Shown here: positions 28,063-36,700 of the stretch, in pieces | Layout: each line of letters opens with the position of its first letter | How positions within the stretch are numbered: position 1 is the first letter of the stretch | IMG/VR virus record: IMGVR_UViG_3300033067_001389 | Coordinates: 1-54,687 of that record | Length of the DNA stretch: 54,687 nucleotides | From: a virus | Lineage: Duplodnaviria > Caudoviricetes | Direction: 5' to 3' (one strand) | The notes under the pieces: model-generated | Seen by the model: only the letters and a program-made list of their open reading frames with translations | The model's database searches: none | Told to the model about the DNA's origin: nothing | Translations under genes and position numbers: made by a program

Positions 28063-28815
28063 ATGCTCCGCGTCGCCTGTCTGTGTCCCACGTACAAGCG
28101 TCCCCACATGCTGGCGAATGCGCTGGCGTGTTTTCGCTCGCAGCGCCACGCCGTCAAAAAGTTGTTCGTTTACGATGATGCCGGGCAACATGCGGGGATG
28201 GTTTCGTGTGATTTGGACGTCATCCGGGAAACGGTGTGGAGGCCCATTGTCGAAAAATATGCGGAGATGGTGCGACAGGCGTTGGAATGGGGCGCGGATG
28301 TTCTTGTTCCGTTCGAAGATGACGACGGTTACCACCCCGATCATCTGTCCGTTATCGCCGATGCCGTCGGAAAGGGTGTCCACTTTTTCCAACCGTCTCA
28401 CGTCTTTTCAAATTACGATTTACCAAAAGACGGTTCGTTGCAAATCGAGGAGACAGGCGGCCGGTTTCATGCATCGTGGGCGTTTACGGCGGATGCGTGG
28501 CATCGACTCGCCCAAGAGCGCCGGGGGCGGGCGTGTTTGTACGGGGACCCCGGTGACCTGATGTTCGACCAAAAACTCGGGGCGGACTTGCGGCGTCTCA
28601 TGGGCGGGGAGCCGTGGCCAGTCGACCCGCCCACCTACGTCTATCGGTGGGGTTCCGGGGGCGGGTATCACGGGAGCCAAGCCGGACAGTCCGGCTTTGA
28701 TTTCCTGTCCAAACAACTCCAGACGTGGCCCGCGCCCTACGTGGGCGACTTGGTGCCGCGGTTCGATGCGGAAACGGTGGCCATCTACAGTCGCTGGGGG
28801 TTCAAGGTGGGGTAG
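28063..28815 (+). CDS. glycosyltransferase, GT-A fold (GT2-like)
   Basis: CLCPTYKRP...F.SQ...YDDAGQ and EDDDGYHPDHL motifs. Confidence 0.75.
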   Translation: MLRVACLCPTYKRPHMLANALACFRSQRHAVKKLFVYDDAGQHAGMVSCDLDVIRETVWRPIVEKYAEMVRQALEWGADVLVPFEDDDGYHPDHLSVIADAVGKGVHFFQPSHVFSNYDLPKDGSLQIEETGGRFHASWAFTADAWHRLAQERRGRACLYGDPGDLMFDQKLGADLRRLMGGEPWPVDPPTYVYRWGSGGGYHGSQAGQSGFDFLSKQLQTWPAPYVGDLVPRFDAETVAIYSRWGFKVG

Positions 28816-28858
28816 GGTTGTGACGGTTACGCGGCTGACCCCCACGCGACCCCACGCC

Positions 28859-29428
28859 CTACCCCACCTCCACCACATTCCCGATCATCAGTTCCGGGTG
28901 ATGCGTGACAATCACAAATTGCATCCCGGTCCGTTCGGCGAGCACTTCAATCATGCGAGCGACCGCGGGGCGGTAGTCGCGGGACACAAACCGAAATGGT
29001 TCGTCCGCAATGATGATTTGTCGGGGGCGAGGACGCGCCAGAGACAGCGCAGCCACGCGCAGGGCGAACGCCACGATATCGATCACACCGCCCCCGCATT
29101 GCGTCAGGGGGTCGAACGAAACGCCGTCCCGCTCCAACAGGCACCGCGCTTCCATGCGTCCCGATTTTTCTTCAATGATAATCCGAAATTCGTAGGGGTC
29201 CGGAAACACCGCGGCAAGACAGTGATTTACCACATCGCAAATCGCCGCGGTTGCCGCCTGTTGGGACGCGCCCACCACGGAAACGATGACATCGAAAGCC
29301 GCAACGGCGGTTTCTGTTTCCGCCTTCCGCGTCGTCAACAGGGATTCCGCCGCGGCGACGCGTTCCAGTTCCGTCGCGTGTTCGACGGATTTTCGAGTGA
29401 CCGCGGTTTGGATGGCGTCAAAGGACAT
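28859..29428 (-). CDS. Rad50/SbcC-like ABC-ATPase C-terminal half
   Basis: Signature-like GGGVIDIVAFALR, Walker B IIIADEPF and VTH motifs. Confidence 0.8.
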   Translation of the reverse strand: MSFDAIQTAVTRKSVEHATELERVAAAESLLTTRKAETETAVAAFDVIVSVVGASQQAATAAICDVVNHCLAAVFPDPYEFRIIIEEKSGRMEARCLLERDGVSFDPLTQCGGGVIDIVAFALRVAALSLARPRPRQIIIADEPFRFVSRDYRPAVARMIEVLAERTGMQFVIVTHHPELMIGNVVEVG

Positions 29429-29666
29429 CGGGGAAATCCCTCACAAAAGCGTCAAGGGCCTGTTGGTACGTGGCCGAACACTCCCGCGCTTTTGCTTCAC
29501 GGGCTTCCAGTTCGCGCCGCGCCGCTTCAAACGTATCCGCCCCGACCAGTTCCTTCAGGCGTTGCATTGCCGCCTGATACCGCCCGCGGGCGGTATCCCG
29601 CTCCGACGTCAGTTGTTTGATACTCGCTTCGATTTCTTGCAGGGTAGGCGTTTTACTCGGTGGCAT
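29418..29666 (-). CDS. small coiled-coil protein of the split Rad50 locus
   Basis: Heptad-rich, overlaps both neighbours. Confidence 0.6.
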   Translation of the reverse strand: MPPSKTPTLQEIEASIKQLTSERDTARGRYQAAMQRLKELVGADTFEAARRELEAREAKARECSATYQQALDAFVRDFPDVL

Positions 29667-30588
29667 TGTCGATCACTTTCAAAATATGTTGACGGATTTT
29701 CGGGAGTTGTTTTTCCGCTTCCGCTACCAACATCGTCATAAAATCCGAGACGGTCCCCGCCGCTCCGAGCGCTTCAATCATGCTATCAATATCGGCGGCG
29801 ACGGTGCGGGGTGTTGTGTTTTCGACGCGCGAAAAACGGTCTTTGGAAATGTCCAAATAATGGGGCTTGACCGCTCCGTCTTCGCGCAGCAACCACACCC
29901 GCGGGCGGTGGTTTTCTTGGTCTGATGCCGTGCGTTGCATCGCCCCACAGTTGATAACCCGGCAGGTTCCCGAGGGCGTTTCCACCTTTGTGGAAAACGG
30001 TATGTGATTGTCCCCGAAAAAGGCATGAGTGAATCCGTCCAGCACCGTCGCCAACGTCTCCACCTGTTGTTCCGGCCGTGCCGCGACGTGGGCGGTGTCT
30101 TTTCCCGCCCAGATGTAGGCGTGTCCGATCAGGACTTTCGGGAATCCGTTCAGGTGCGACGGTGTGAATTCCTTTGGGCGTTTGTCGAGAAATCCCCACG
30201 GAACGCCTACCACGTCGACATCCGCGGAAAGTAACCGGCAGGGGTTCCACGGGGACAGATCGGTCACGCGTCCCGCAGCCAAAAACGTTCCGTATGCCGT
30301 TGTTGCCGCCTGCGCGTATTCGTGACAGGGGAGGTCGTGCTGTCCGGGGACAGCGTAAAAATCTCGTGGCGTGAAGCGCAACGCGGCGTTCACCAAACCG
30401 ACCGGGGAGTTCCACTTGTGGAACATGTCGCCCGCCAAAATAAACGGCGCTCCAAAATTTTCGCAAACGTCGTAAACCTGATCAAGCACTCGCATCTGCG
30501 CTTCGTACCAATCGGGTTCCGCGTCGCGGGCCGCGGGCGTGCGGTGGGAGAGATGCAGGTCGGACCCGATAACGGCGATGATTTTCAT
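29653..30588 (-). CDS. Mre11/SbcD-like metallophosphoesterase nuclease
   Basis: SDLH, AGD, PGQHD and GDNH motifs. Confidence 0.85.
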   Translation of the reverse strand: MKIIAVIGSDLHLSHRTPAARDAEPDWYEAQMRVLDQVYDVCENFGAPFILAGDMFHKWNSPVGLVNAALRFTPRDFYAVPGQHDLPCHEYAQAATTAYGTFLAAGRVTDLSPWNPCRLLSADVDVVGVPWGFLDKRPKEFTPSHLNGFPKVLIGHAYIWAGKDTAHVAARPEQQVETLATVLDGFTHAFFGDNHIPFSTKVETPSGTCRVINCGAMQRTASDQENHRPRVWLLREDGAVKPHYLDISKDRFSRVENTTPRTVAADIDSMIEALGAAGTVSDFMTMLVAEAEKQLPKIRQHILKVIDNATE

Positions 30589-31622
30589 AGGGGTTTACCA
30601 CAAGTTGGGCAAGTGGGGGCCGCGCGTTTCGCTTCGTTGGCTTCGTCGGTTTTCCGTTGAATCGCTTCGTCGTATTTCCGGATGCGTTCCGCTTCCCGCT
30701 CCGCGTGGTCGATAATATTTCGGATGGTGGCAATACTCGCCGCGGCTTCCCGGCGCGCAGCGTCCGCGGTTTTCAGGTGTTCGATGTCCGGGATCGTCGC
30801 CCGCGCTTTCGCCCGCGCAGCGTCCGCCGCGGCGATTGTTCGGGAGATTTCGGCGGTCTCGCGTTGCAATGCTGTGAGCGCCGCGAGTTTGTCCCTCACC
30901 ACCTCCAGCGCTCGCAGCGTGTCGCCGTGCTGTCTTCCCGTCTCGCGTCTGGCGTCCGCCTCCCGGACCCATTTGCTGATGGCGGCGACGCTGTCCACCG
31001 TCGCGTTTCGGGCGTCGTGGGCGGCCCGGACGGCGTCCCATCGTGCCACCATGTCCGGGACGTGTTGCAAGGACTCCAGACGGGCTTTATGGTTTGCCAG
31101 AATCCCGGCCGCCGTGTTCTCTTGTTGCTTCGCCGATGCCACCGACGACCGCGCCGCCGCAACCACGCGCCCGGCCGCCCGCAAGTCGACCACCGCCTGA
31201 ATTTCCCCCGCCAATGCGCCCGGGGTGAGAGACAACCAGAACGGTCCATCCATCTGTCTTTGGATGTTGTTTGGTCCGATGTTGAGCATCGCCCGGACAG
31301 CGTCCGGGACTTCGGCCCCCATCGCCACGAATTCCCGTTCGCCCGCGGACTCGCCCACCACATGATAGGCGTTGACGGTCTTTCCCCGCGTCCGGGTGAC
31401 GGTCGCACCATTTACCGTCACCCGGACGCTCGCCGTGTCCGCTCCATGCCGAATGAAAGACGTCCCGCGGGGGGTGTTCGTGACGCACCACAACAGCGCA
31501 GTCACCAGCGCAGATTTTCCGCTATCCGACGGTCCTGTGATAACCGTGATCGGACCGAGTTCGATTTTTGCTTTGTGATGCGTCGAAAAATCGGATACAG
31601 ACAGTTCCGAGATTGTTCCCAT
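30585..31622 (-). CDS. Rad50/SbcC-like N-terminal half ending in a zinc hook
   Basis: Walker A GPSDSGKS, Q-loop QRQMD, coiled coil, terminal CPTCGK. Confidence 0.8.
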   Translation of the reverse strand: MGTISELSVSDFSTHHKAKIELGPITVITGPSDSGKSALVTALLWCVTNTPRGTSFIRHGADTASVRVTVNGATVTRTRGKTVNAYHVVGESAGEREFVAMGAEVPDAVRAMLNIGPNNIQRQMDGPFWLSLTPGALAGEIQAVVDLRAAGRVVAAARSSVASAKQQENTAAGILANHKARLESLQHVPDMVARWDAVRAAHDARNATVDSVAAISKWVREADARRETGRQHGDTLRALEVVRDKLAALTALQRETAEISRTIAAADAARAKARATIPDIEHLKTADAARREAAASIATIRNIIDHAEREAERIRKYDEAIQRKTDEANEAKRAAPTCPTCGKPL

Positions 31623-33394
31623 TATTCGTAGACGTCCAAACAGACGGTCCCCGTGGTTTGCGAAGGCTTGAACCGTGACAGGTGGAACACCGTATCAGCA
31701 TCAATAACGGTTTTTCCCGCGGCGTCTTTTTGACAATGCGGAATTGCGAGTTTGATTAACATCTTGATATCCCTCCCGGACAAGTCGCCGATGCGGGTTT
31801 GGATTTCCTGAATCGCCGCATCCGGAACGACCGCGTTGTTCGCGCCCGCGATGGCCACCCAAATGCGCGCTTGCTGTTCCTTCGGCGGGACCATGAATTC
31901 CAGTTTTGCCGTACATCGCGACAAGATAGCATCGTCGATGATATCGCCGCGGTTCGTGGTCATGAAAATGGTTGTTGTGACATATTCCAACAACCGCAGG
32001 AACACGCCCACGATGGCGTTTTGAGTTAAGTCGCGTTGCCTTTCGGCGATGTAGACATCCGCTTCATCCATCAGGACCACAGCGTTCCAGCGGTTGGCGC
32101 GTTCGCACACAATCGCCAGATTTTTTTCAACCGCTTCCGGGTCAAGACCCAATTGCGAACACTGGACGCGGTACAACGGACGTTCCGACATTTCGGAAAA
32201 CGTCTCTGCGGAGAGTGTCTTTCCGAGCCCCGCGGGACCGTGGCAGACGATGACGGTTCCGCCCGCCTTGTTCCGCACGAAATCAGTAAATCCCGGCTTG
32301 GACTCCACCAGAATTTTGACCAATCGCTTGTGGTCGCGGGGCAGCACCAATTGATTGATAATGTCCGTATTGTATTTGTAAAGCGTCAGGTTCGCGACGT
32401 GGACATTATATCTTGTGTGAAAATCCAAGTCGAAACAGGGGACGTACGGATGCCACGGGACATAGTTGCCGTCACCGTTGCATCCCGTGTCTTCCCGCTC
32501 CATCTCTTCGATGTAGTGTTCCCAAAAATGGGTCGGAGCCTGTTTGACAAACACCTCATTCAAGCGACTCTCCCGCCCGGTGGTTTTCGCCTCTTTGGGA
32601 ATGTCAATCACGACGTGGGTCGACCCTGCGCGCCTGTCCAAATCGACGTCACCGCCCCGCCACCAGCGCCGCCCATCGTCGTTCGTTGCGGCATTGTCGA
32701 GGTGGTCATATCCCACACCGCGCGCAACGTATTGCGTTCCCACCCGAGGATAGACGTCAACAAATTTTTTCATGTCGGCGTCGTAAAACGCCTTGAATCC
32801 GCGGACTTCGGGGTACAGCCCCACCGATGCGAGAATGTCGGCGGCCGTTCTCCCGATCACGTCAGCGTGTTCGAGTTTGTGCACGCGGGTGCACGTCTTC
32901 CCATTAATTACGTATCGCATTGAAATAAACGTCGCTTCGCGCGGTTCGTCGCGCTCGCCAATGTCGGTCACCCCGATGTGGTCGACGTAGTACCCGAGAT
33001 ACGCATCTGCATCGTGCGCCTCTTGTTGGTACACGCGGTGTCCGGGGGTTTTGTACACCAGCACCGTCACCAACGCCGCGGCGTGGTGGACGTCGCGGGC
33101 TTTTTGCTTGTCGACAGTCGTCAGGGGGTTGTCGATGAGTTCAAGACAGTTTTTGATATGACGCGCGGCGTGTGCGTACGGCGCTCCGTACCCTTCGACG
33201 ATTTTCAGCAGTCCCGCCCGCTCGTCCCGCGACATCAAAGAGGTGTGTACGACCGCGCCGCTGCTGTTTCGTCCACGCTCCCCGGTGCTCGAAAGGTAGG
33301 GGTGTTGTCGGTGCCATCCGTCTTTCGGTTCTCTGCCACGGGGCAGATCGGTCATAAGCAATTGACACAGTTTTTCGCTAATACGGATATTCAC
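31622..33394 (-). CDS. AAA+ ATPase with large N-terminal domain
   Basis: HGPAGLGKT, LMDEADVY and FLRLLEY...TTNR...IDDAILSR motifs. Confidence 0.85.
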   Translation of the reverse strand: MNIRISEKLCQLLMTDLPRGREPKDGWHRQHPYLSSTGERGRNSSGAVVHTSLMSRDERAGLLKIVEGYGAPYAHAARHIKNCLELIDNPLTTVDKQKARDVHHAAALVTVLVYKTPGHRVYQQEAHDADAYLGYYVDHIGVTDIGERDEPREATFISMRYVINGKTCTRVHKLEHADVIGRTAADILASVGLYPEVRGFKAFYDADMKKFVDVYPRVGTQYVARGVGYDHLDNAATNDDGRRWWRGGDVDLDRRAGSTHVVIDIPKEAKTTGRESRLNEVFVKQAPTHFWEHYIEEMEREDTGCNGDGNYVPWHPYVPCFDLDFHTRYNVHVANLTLYKYNTDIINQLVLPRDHKRLVKILVESKPGFTDFVRNKAGGTVIVCHGPAGLGKTLSAETFSEMSERPLYRVQCSQLGLDPEAVEKNLAIVCERANRWNAVVLMDEADVYIAERQRDLTQNAIVGVFLRLLEYVTTTIFMTTNRGDIIDDAILSRCTAKLEFMVPPKEQQARIWVAIAGANNAVVPDAAIQEIQTRIGDLSGRDIKMLIKLAIPHCQKDAAGKTVIDADTVFHLSRFKPSQTTGTVCLDVYE

Positions 33395-33406
33395 GATATT
33401 CCCTGT

Positions 33407-34177
33407 TTATGACGCTGGTGGTGTTTGGAAGATTATCGGCGCGCCGGTTCTCGCCACCGTGATTTTTGCGGTGTTTGTCCCGAAAAGAAATTGACGCCAT
33501 TGGTCCCGAATGATGGTGATTTCCCCAACCACGATGTCTCCGACAAATAGCTTTCCAAGTATGTATTTTGAATTGCTGTCTGCGGAGGGATGGAATTCCA
33601 CCCGCATCTGTCCGGGATGTTCGGGGGAGACGTCCCCGACGTAGGGCAGGGGGATATTCGGACCGAGACTTGGCAACGCCCGCCGGACCGGTTCCCGCGG
33701 CGTCGCGGGCAGCGTCAAGGGTTTGAGCCCCGCGCGGTTTAACACCTTGTTCAGCGTCGAATGGGACAAACCGCAATCAAGGCGTTTGGAAAGAATACGG
33801 TTTGCCAGTTCGACAAATTCGCATTGCCCGAGAAGACAGAGCATTTCCAACCACATCGCGGGCGTGATGTGGTCCGTGTCTCTCGCGTGGTTCGATGCCG
33901 CCCGGAGCGCCCGCAGGACCGTAAATCGCGTGTCGACGCGGGAGAGATACCCCAAATACGTACATTGCATCGCGTCTGTTGGTGTGAAGCGATACCGGAT
34001 TGATTCGCAATACGCCGCGCGAAAATACGGGACCAGATAGGGGCGATGCGTAAACCAGTCCAGCAAAAAAGGACCCTGTTGGTCGGCGCTCCGCATTGTC
34101 AACAGCGTATTAACAACGGCCCATAACGTCGTTAGTTCTTGCCGTTCAATCTGATACTTGTCGGATGTTTCGGACAT
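33407..34177 (-). CDS. hypothetical protein
   Basis: Long ORF co-oriented in the operon (open from 34210). Confidence 0.55.
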   Translation of the reverse strand: MSETSDKYQIERQELTTLWAVVNTLLTMRSADQQGPFLLDWFTHRPYLVPYFRAAYCESIRYRFTPTDAMQCTYLGYLSRVDTRFTVLRALRAASNHARDTDHITPAMWLEMLCLLGQCEFVELANRILSKRLDCGLSHSTLNKVLNRAGLKPLTLPATPREPVRRALPSLGPNIPLPYVGDVSPEHPGQMRVEFHPSADSNSKYILGKLFVGDIVVGEITIIRDQWRQFLFGTNTAKITVARTGAPIIFQTPPAS

Positions 34178-34709
34178 GATGCGGGCGAACCGTTTCGAGG
34201 AATGTTTCAAATGGGATGACAGCCAACCGCCCGCGGTGAGAGTTGAACGTCATCCAACCCGGTAAGTTTCTCCAGACTTTGGGCGGAATCGGCAGGCGTT
34301 CCAGCGCGGAAATCGGGATGTAAACCAACCATCCCCGCCGCGGTCTCCGGTGAATCACCGCCCACCCGATGGCGTTATCGGCGATTGCCGCCGTTGCCGC
34401 TTGTGCGAAAAAATCTTTTAGGGTACACGCCCCGCGAGATAGGGGCGAATCGACCAGACGGTCAAGCGACGCGATGGAGTACCCATCCTTGCATTCGATA
34501 GACAACCACCGCATGAGGGGAGCCCCTACCGGGTCCGTTGCGGCGATGTCTCCCGCCTGTCCCTGTGTGGTTTTCCCCCGCTTGCGGCGCGCCGTTGCCC
34601 TTCCCCCGGAATTGGACGAGCGCCAAAAAATGTCGTCGCGTTCGTATGACGACCACCACATCGAAAGGGCTTTTGCGACCTCCCGCTCGAATCCCGATCC
34701 CTTCGCCAT
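34146..34709 (-). CDS. Holliday junction resolvase (Hjc-like PD-(D/E)xK)
   Basis: KGSGFEREVAK...SGG...GDI...SIECK. Confidence 0.8.
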   Translation of the reverse strand: MAKGSGFEREVAKALSMWWSSYERDDIFWRSSNSGGRATARRKRGKTTQGQAGDIAATDPVGAPLMRWLSIECKDGYSIASLDRLVDSPLSRGACTLKDFFAQAATAAIADNAIGWAVIHRRPRRGWLVYIPISALERLPIPPKVWRNLPGWMTFNSHRGRLAVIPFETFLETVRPHHVRNIRQVSD

Positions 34710-34715
34710 GATGCC

Positions 34716-35576
34716 TCAATCCTGAAAGCCGGTTTCCCCGTTCGCCACCATCAGGGAACGAAACCGGAATTCTCGGCAAACTTCGTTCCATGCATCGCGT
34801 TTCGGGAATATCGGGAGCGCGTTAGGGGCTTCCGTATCGGGAAACTCGTGATGCGGTAGCCGGGTCAGGGACAAATTCCGCCCCACCACCGCCGCGCCCG
34901 CGTCGCTGCGGATAGCCACGGCGAGCGCTTCCCGAATCGCCTCACCCCGGACGTATCGCGCCGCGGTTTTTTCCCCAACACCCCTAATTCCGGGAATGTT
35001 ATCAGATGAACAACCGGCAAGCGCTTTAACCAGAGGCCACGATTCCGGGTCGATACCCCATTCCCCGCGAAACCACGCAAGGGTCCGGACTTCGTTTTTT
35101 CGGGCGGCGCTGGGGATGATGCGAACGCGGGGACCGAGTAGTTGGTACATGTCCGCATCGGACGAGACAATCAACACCCGGTGGTCGTGCGCGGCGTATC
35201 GCTTCGCCAGACACGCGATGACATCGTCAGCCTCCCACCCGGTCACCTTGACGTGGTTTTTCAGTCCGGCGCGATGCAGGACTTCCGGCAGGGCGTCCAG
35301 TTGCTGGAGAAACGCGACGCGGTCGAATTGCTCTTGTTCGGTGCGTTGTTTGTCCCGGCGCGTTGCCTTGTATCCGGGAAACGCCTTTTGTCGCGCTGCG
35401 TATCCCGCATCGTAACACATCACAATTACGAATGTGGGATACATCTGAATCAGTTGTTTGGTCTCTGCAAAGACCCCGAACGTTGTCCCGATAGGTTGCC
35501 CGCGAAGTGTCAGGCCCCCAGTTGAATGGAATGCGCGGTGAGCGATTCCCGAGACGTCGACGAGCATCAAATCCAT
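34716..35576 (-). CDS. 5'-3' exonuclease (PolI N-terminal/FEN family)
   Basis: LVDVSGIAHRAF, YKATR, EADDVIA, SSDADMYQL and SDNIPGIRGVGEKTA motifs. Confidence 0.9.
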   Translation of the reverse strand: MDLMLVDVSGIAHRAFHSTGGLTLRGQPIGTTFGVFAETKQLIQMYPTFVIVMCYDAGYAARQKAFPGYKATRRDKQRTEQEQFDRVAFLQQLDALPEVLHRAGLKNHVKVTGWEADDVIACLAKRYAAHDHRVLIVSSDADMYQLLGPRVRIIPSAARKNEVRTLAWFRGEWGIDPESWPLVKALAGCSSDNIPGIRGVGEKTAARYVRGEAIREALAVAIRSDAGAAVVGRNLSLTRLPHHEFPDTEAPNALPIFPKRDAWNEVCREFRFRSLMVANGETGFQD

Positions 35577-36640
35577 TATTCGTACCTTGGAACTCGTGTG
35601 ACTGTGACCGCCGCTTCCATCTTTTGCCACGCCTCCCAAACCAATTCGCGCAGTTCCGGAAGGCGTCGCGACGCCTCCAGTTCCGCGATTATCTTCTCTT
35701 TCGTTCCCGATATTCCTAGAACTTCCGCGCGGCCCTTGTCGCCCACCCGGATGCGACCGACCTCAACCAAAAAGTTCAACATCGATTCGGTTTCGTCCAG
35801 CCCCGCCGTGAAATACATCGGGATATCGACCGACCAGTCTTTCCCCGTCAGTCGATTTTTCTTGATACTCACGCGCACAATGTGCCCGATGTTCAGGCGT
35901 TTTTCGTGGTGCGTCTTGTGCAGTTTTTTGACAATCTTGGTCCACATCTCCGCCGCGGCGTAGAACTTCAAAGCGTTCCCACCCGCCCGCGTTTGCGTCT
36001 CGAATGAAAACGGATCGATGTTGTCGCGGGTCTGGCAAATGATGATAAGGATGGAATCATCGGCGGCCAGTCGGTCGATCACTTGCCGCAATTGTTGGGA
36101 GTTCGCTTTTGCTTTCCCGTCCATCATTTCGCCCGCGAGTTTCCCCACCTCACCGGTCTTTTTTGTGGCGCTGATACGCTGTTGGAGTTTCTTTTGCGAC
36201 GCCTCCGACGTCAGGCTATCCATACTGTCGAGAACGTAGACGCACGGTCCCCGGTCCATCACTTTGTGGATGTTCGTGTAAAAACTTTCGATGGTGGTGG
36301 AGTTCCGTCCATCCTCACAAGGCGACGTAATCCGCGCGGCGAGTTTGTTCCCGAAGTATCGGGAAATGTCCATCAACGCCCCGTTTTCGACGTTGTCAAA
36401 AATCAATTGGTGTTTTGCAAACGCGTCGTTTCGGGCGGCTTCCGCCAGAATTTGGAGCGTGACCCACGTCTTTCCAGACGACGAATCCCCGACGAACATG
36501 TAATACTTCCCGGCCGACAGTCCGCCGCCCCTTCGGTTCGCCAGCGCGAGGTTCAACAGTGTGTTGCCCGTCGACAACCAGACCGGTTTTTTCGTCGTTT
36601 CGTTTGCCATAATCAGATTTTCAATAGCGGAAATATCCAC
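35576..36640 (-). CDS. recA: RecA/UvsX-like recombinase
   Basis: LSTG...LN.AL, GDSSSGKT, VLDS and GGNALKFYA motifs; start GTG 36640 or ATG 36610 (ORF open from 36697). Confidence 0.85.
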   Translation of the reverse strand: MDISAIENLIMANETTKKPVWLSTGNTLLNLALANRRGGGLSAGKYYMFVGDSSSGKTWVTLQILAEAARNDAFAKHQLIFDNVENGALMDISRYFGNKLAARITSPCEDGRNSTTIESFYTNIHKVMDRGPCVYVLDSMDSLTSEASQKKLQQRISATKKTGEVGKLAGEMMDGKAKANSQQLRQVIDRLAADDSILIIICQTRDNIDPFSFETQTRAGGNALKFYAAAEMWTKIVKKLHKTHHEKRLNIGHIVRVSIKKNRLTGKDWSVDIPMYFTAGLDETESMLNFLVEVGRIRVGDKGRAEVLGISGTKEKIIAELEASRRLPELRELVWEAWQKMEAAVTVTRVPRYE

Positions 36641-36700
36641 GGGGGCCACCCCTTGCGGGGCCGCCCCCGTGAAATCACCAGACAGACGGACCGTCAAACA

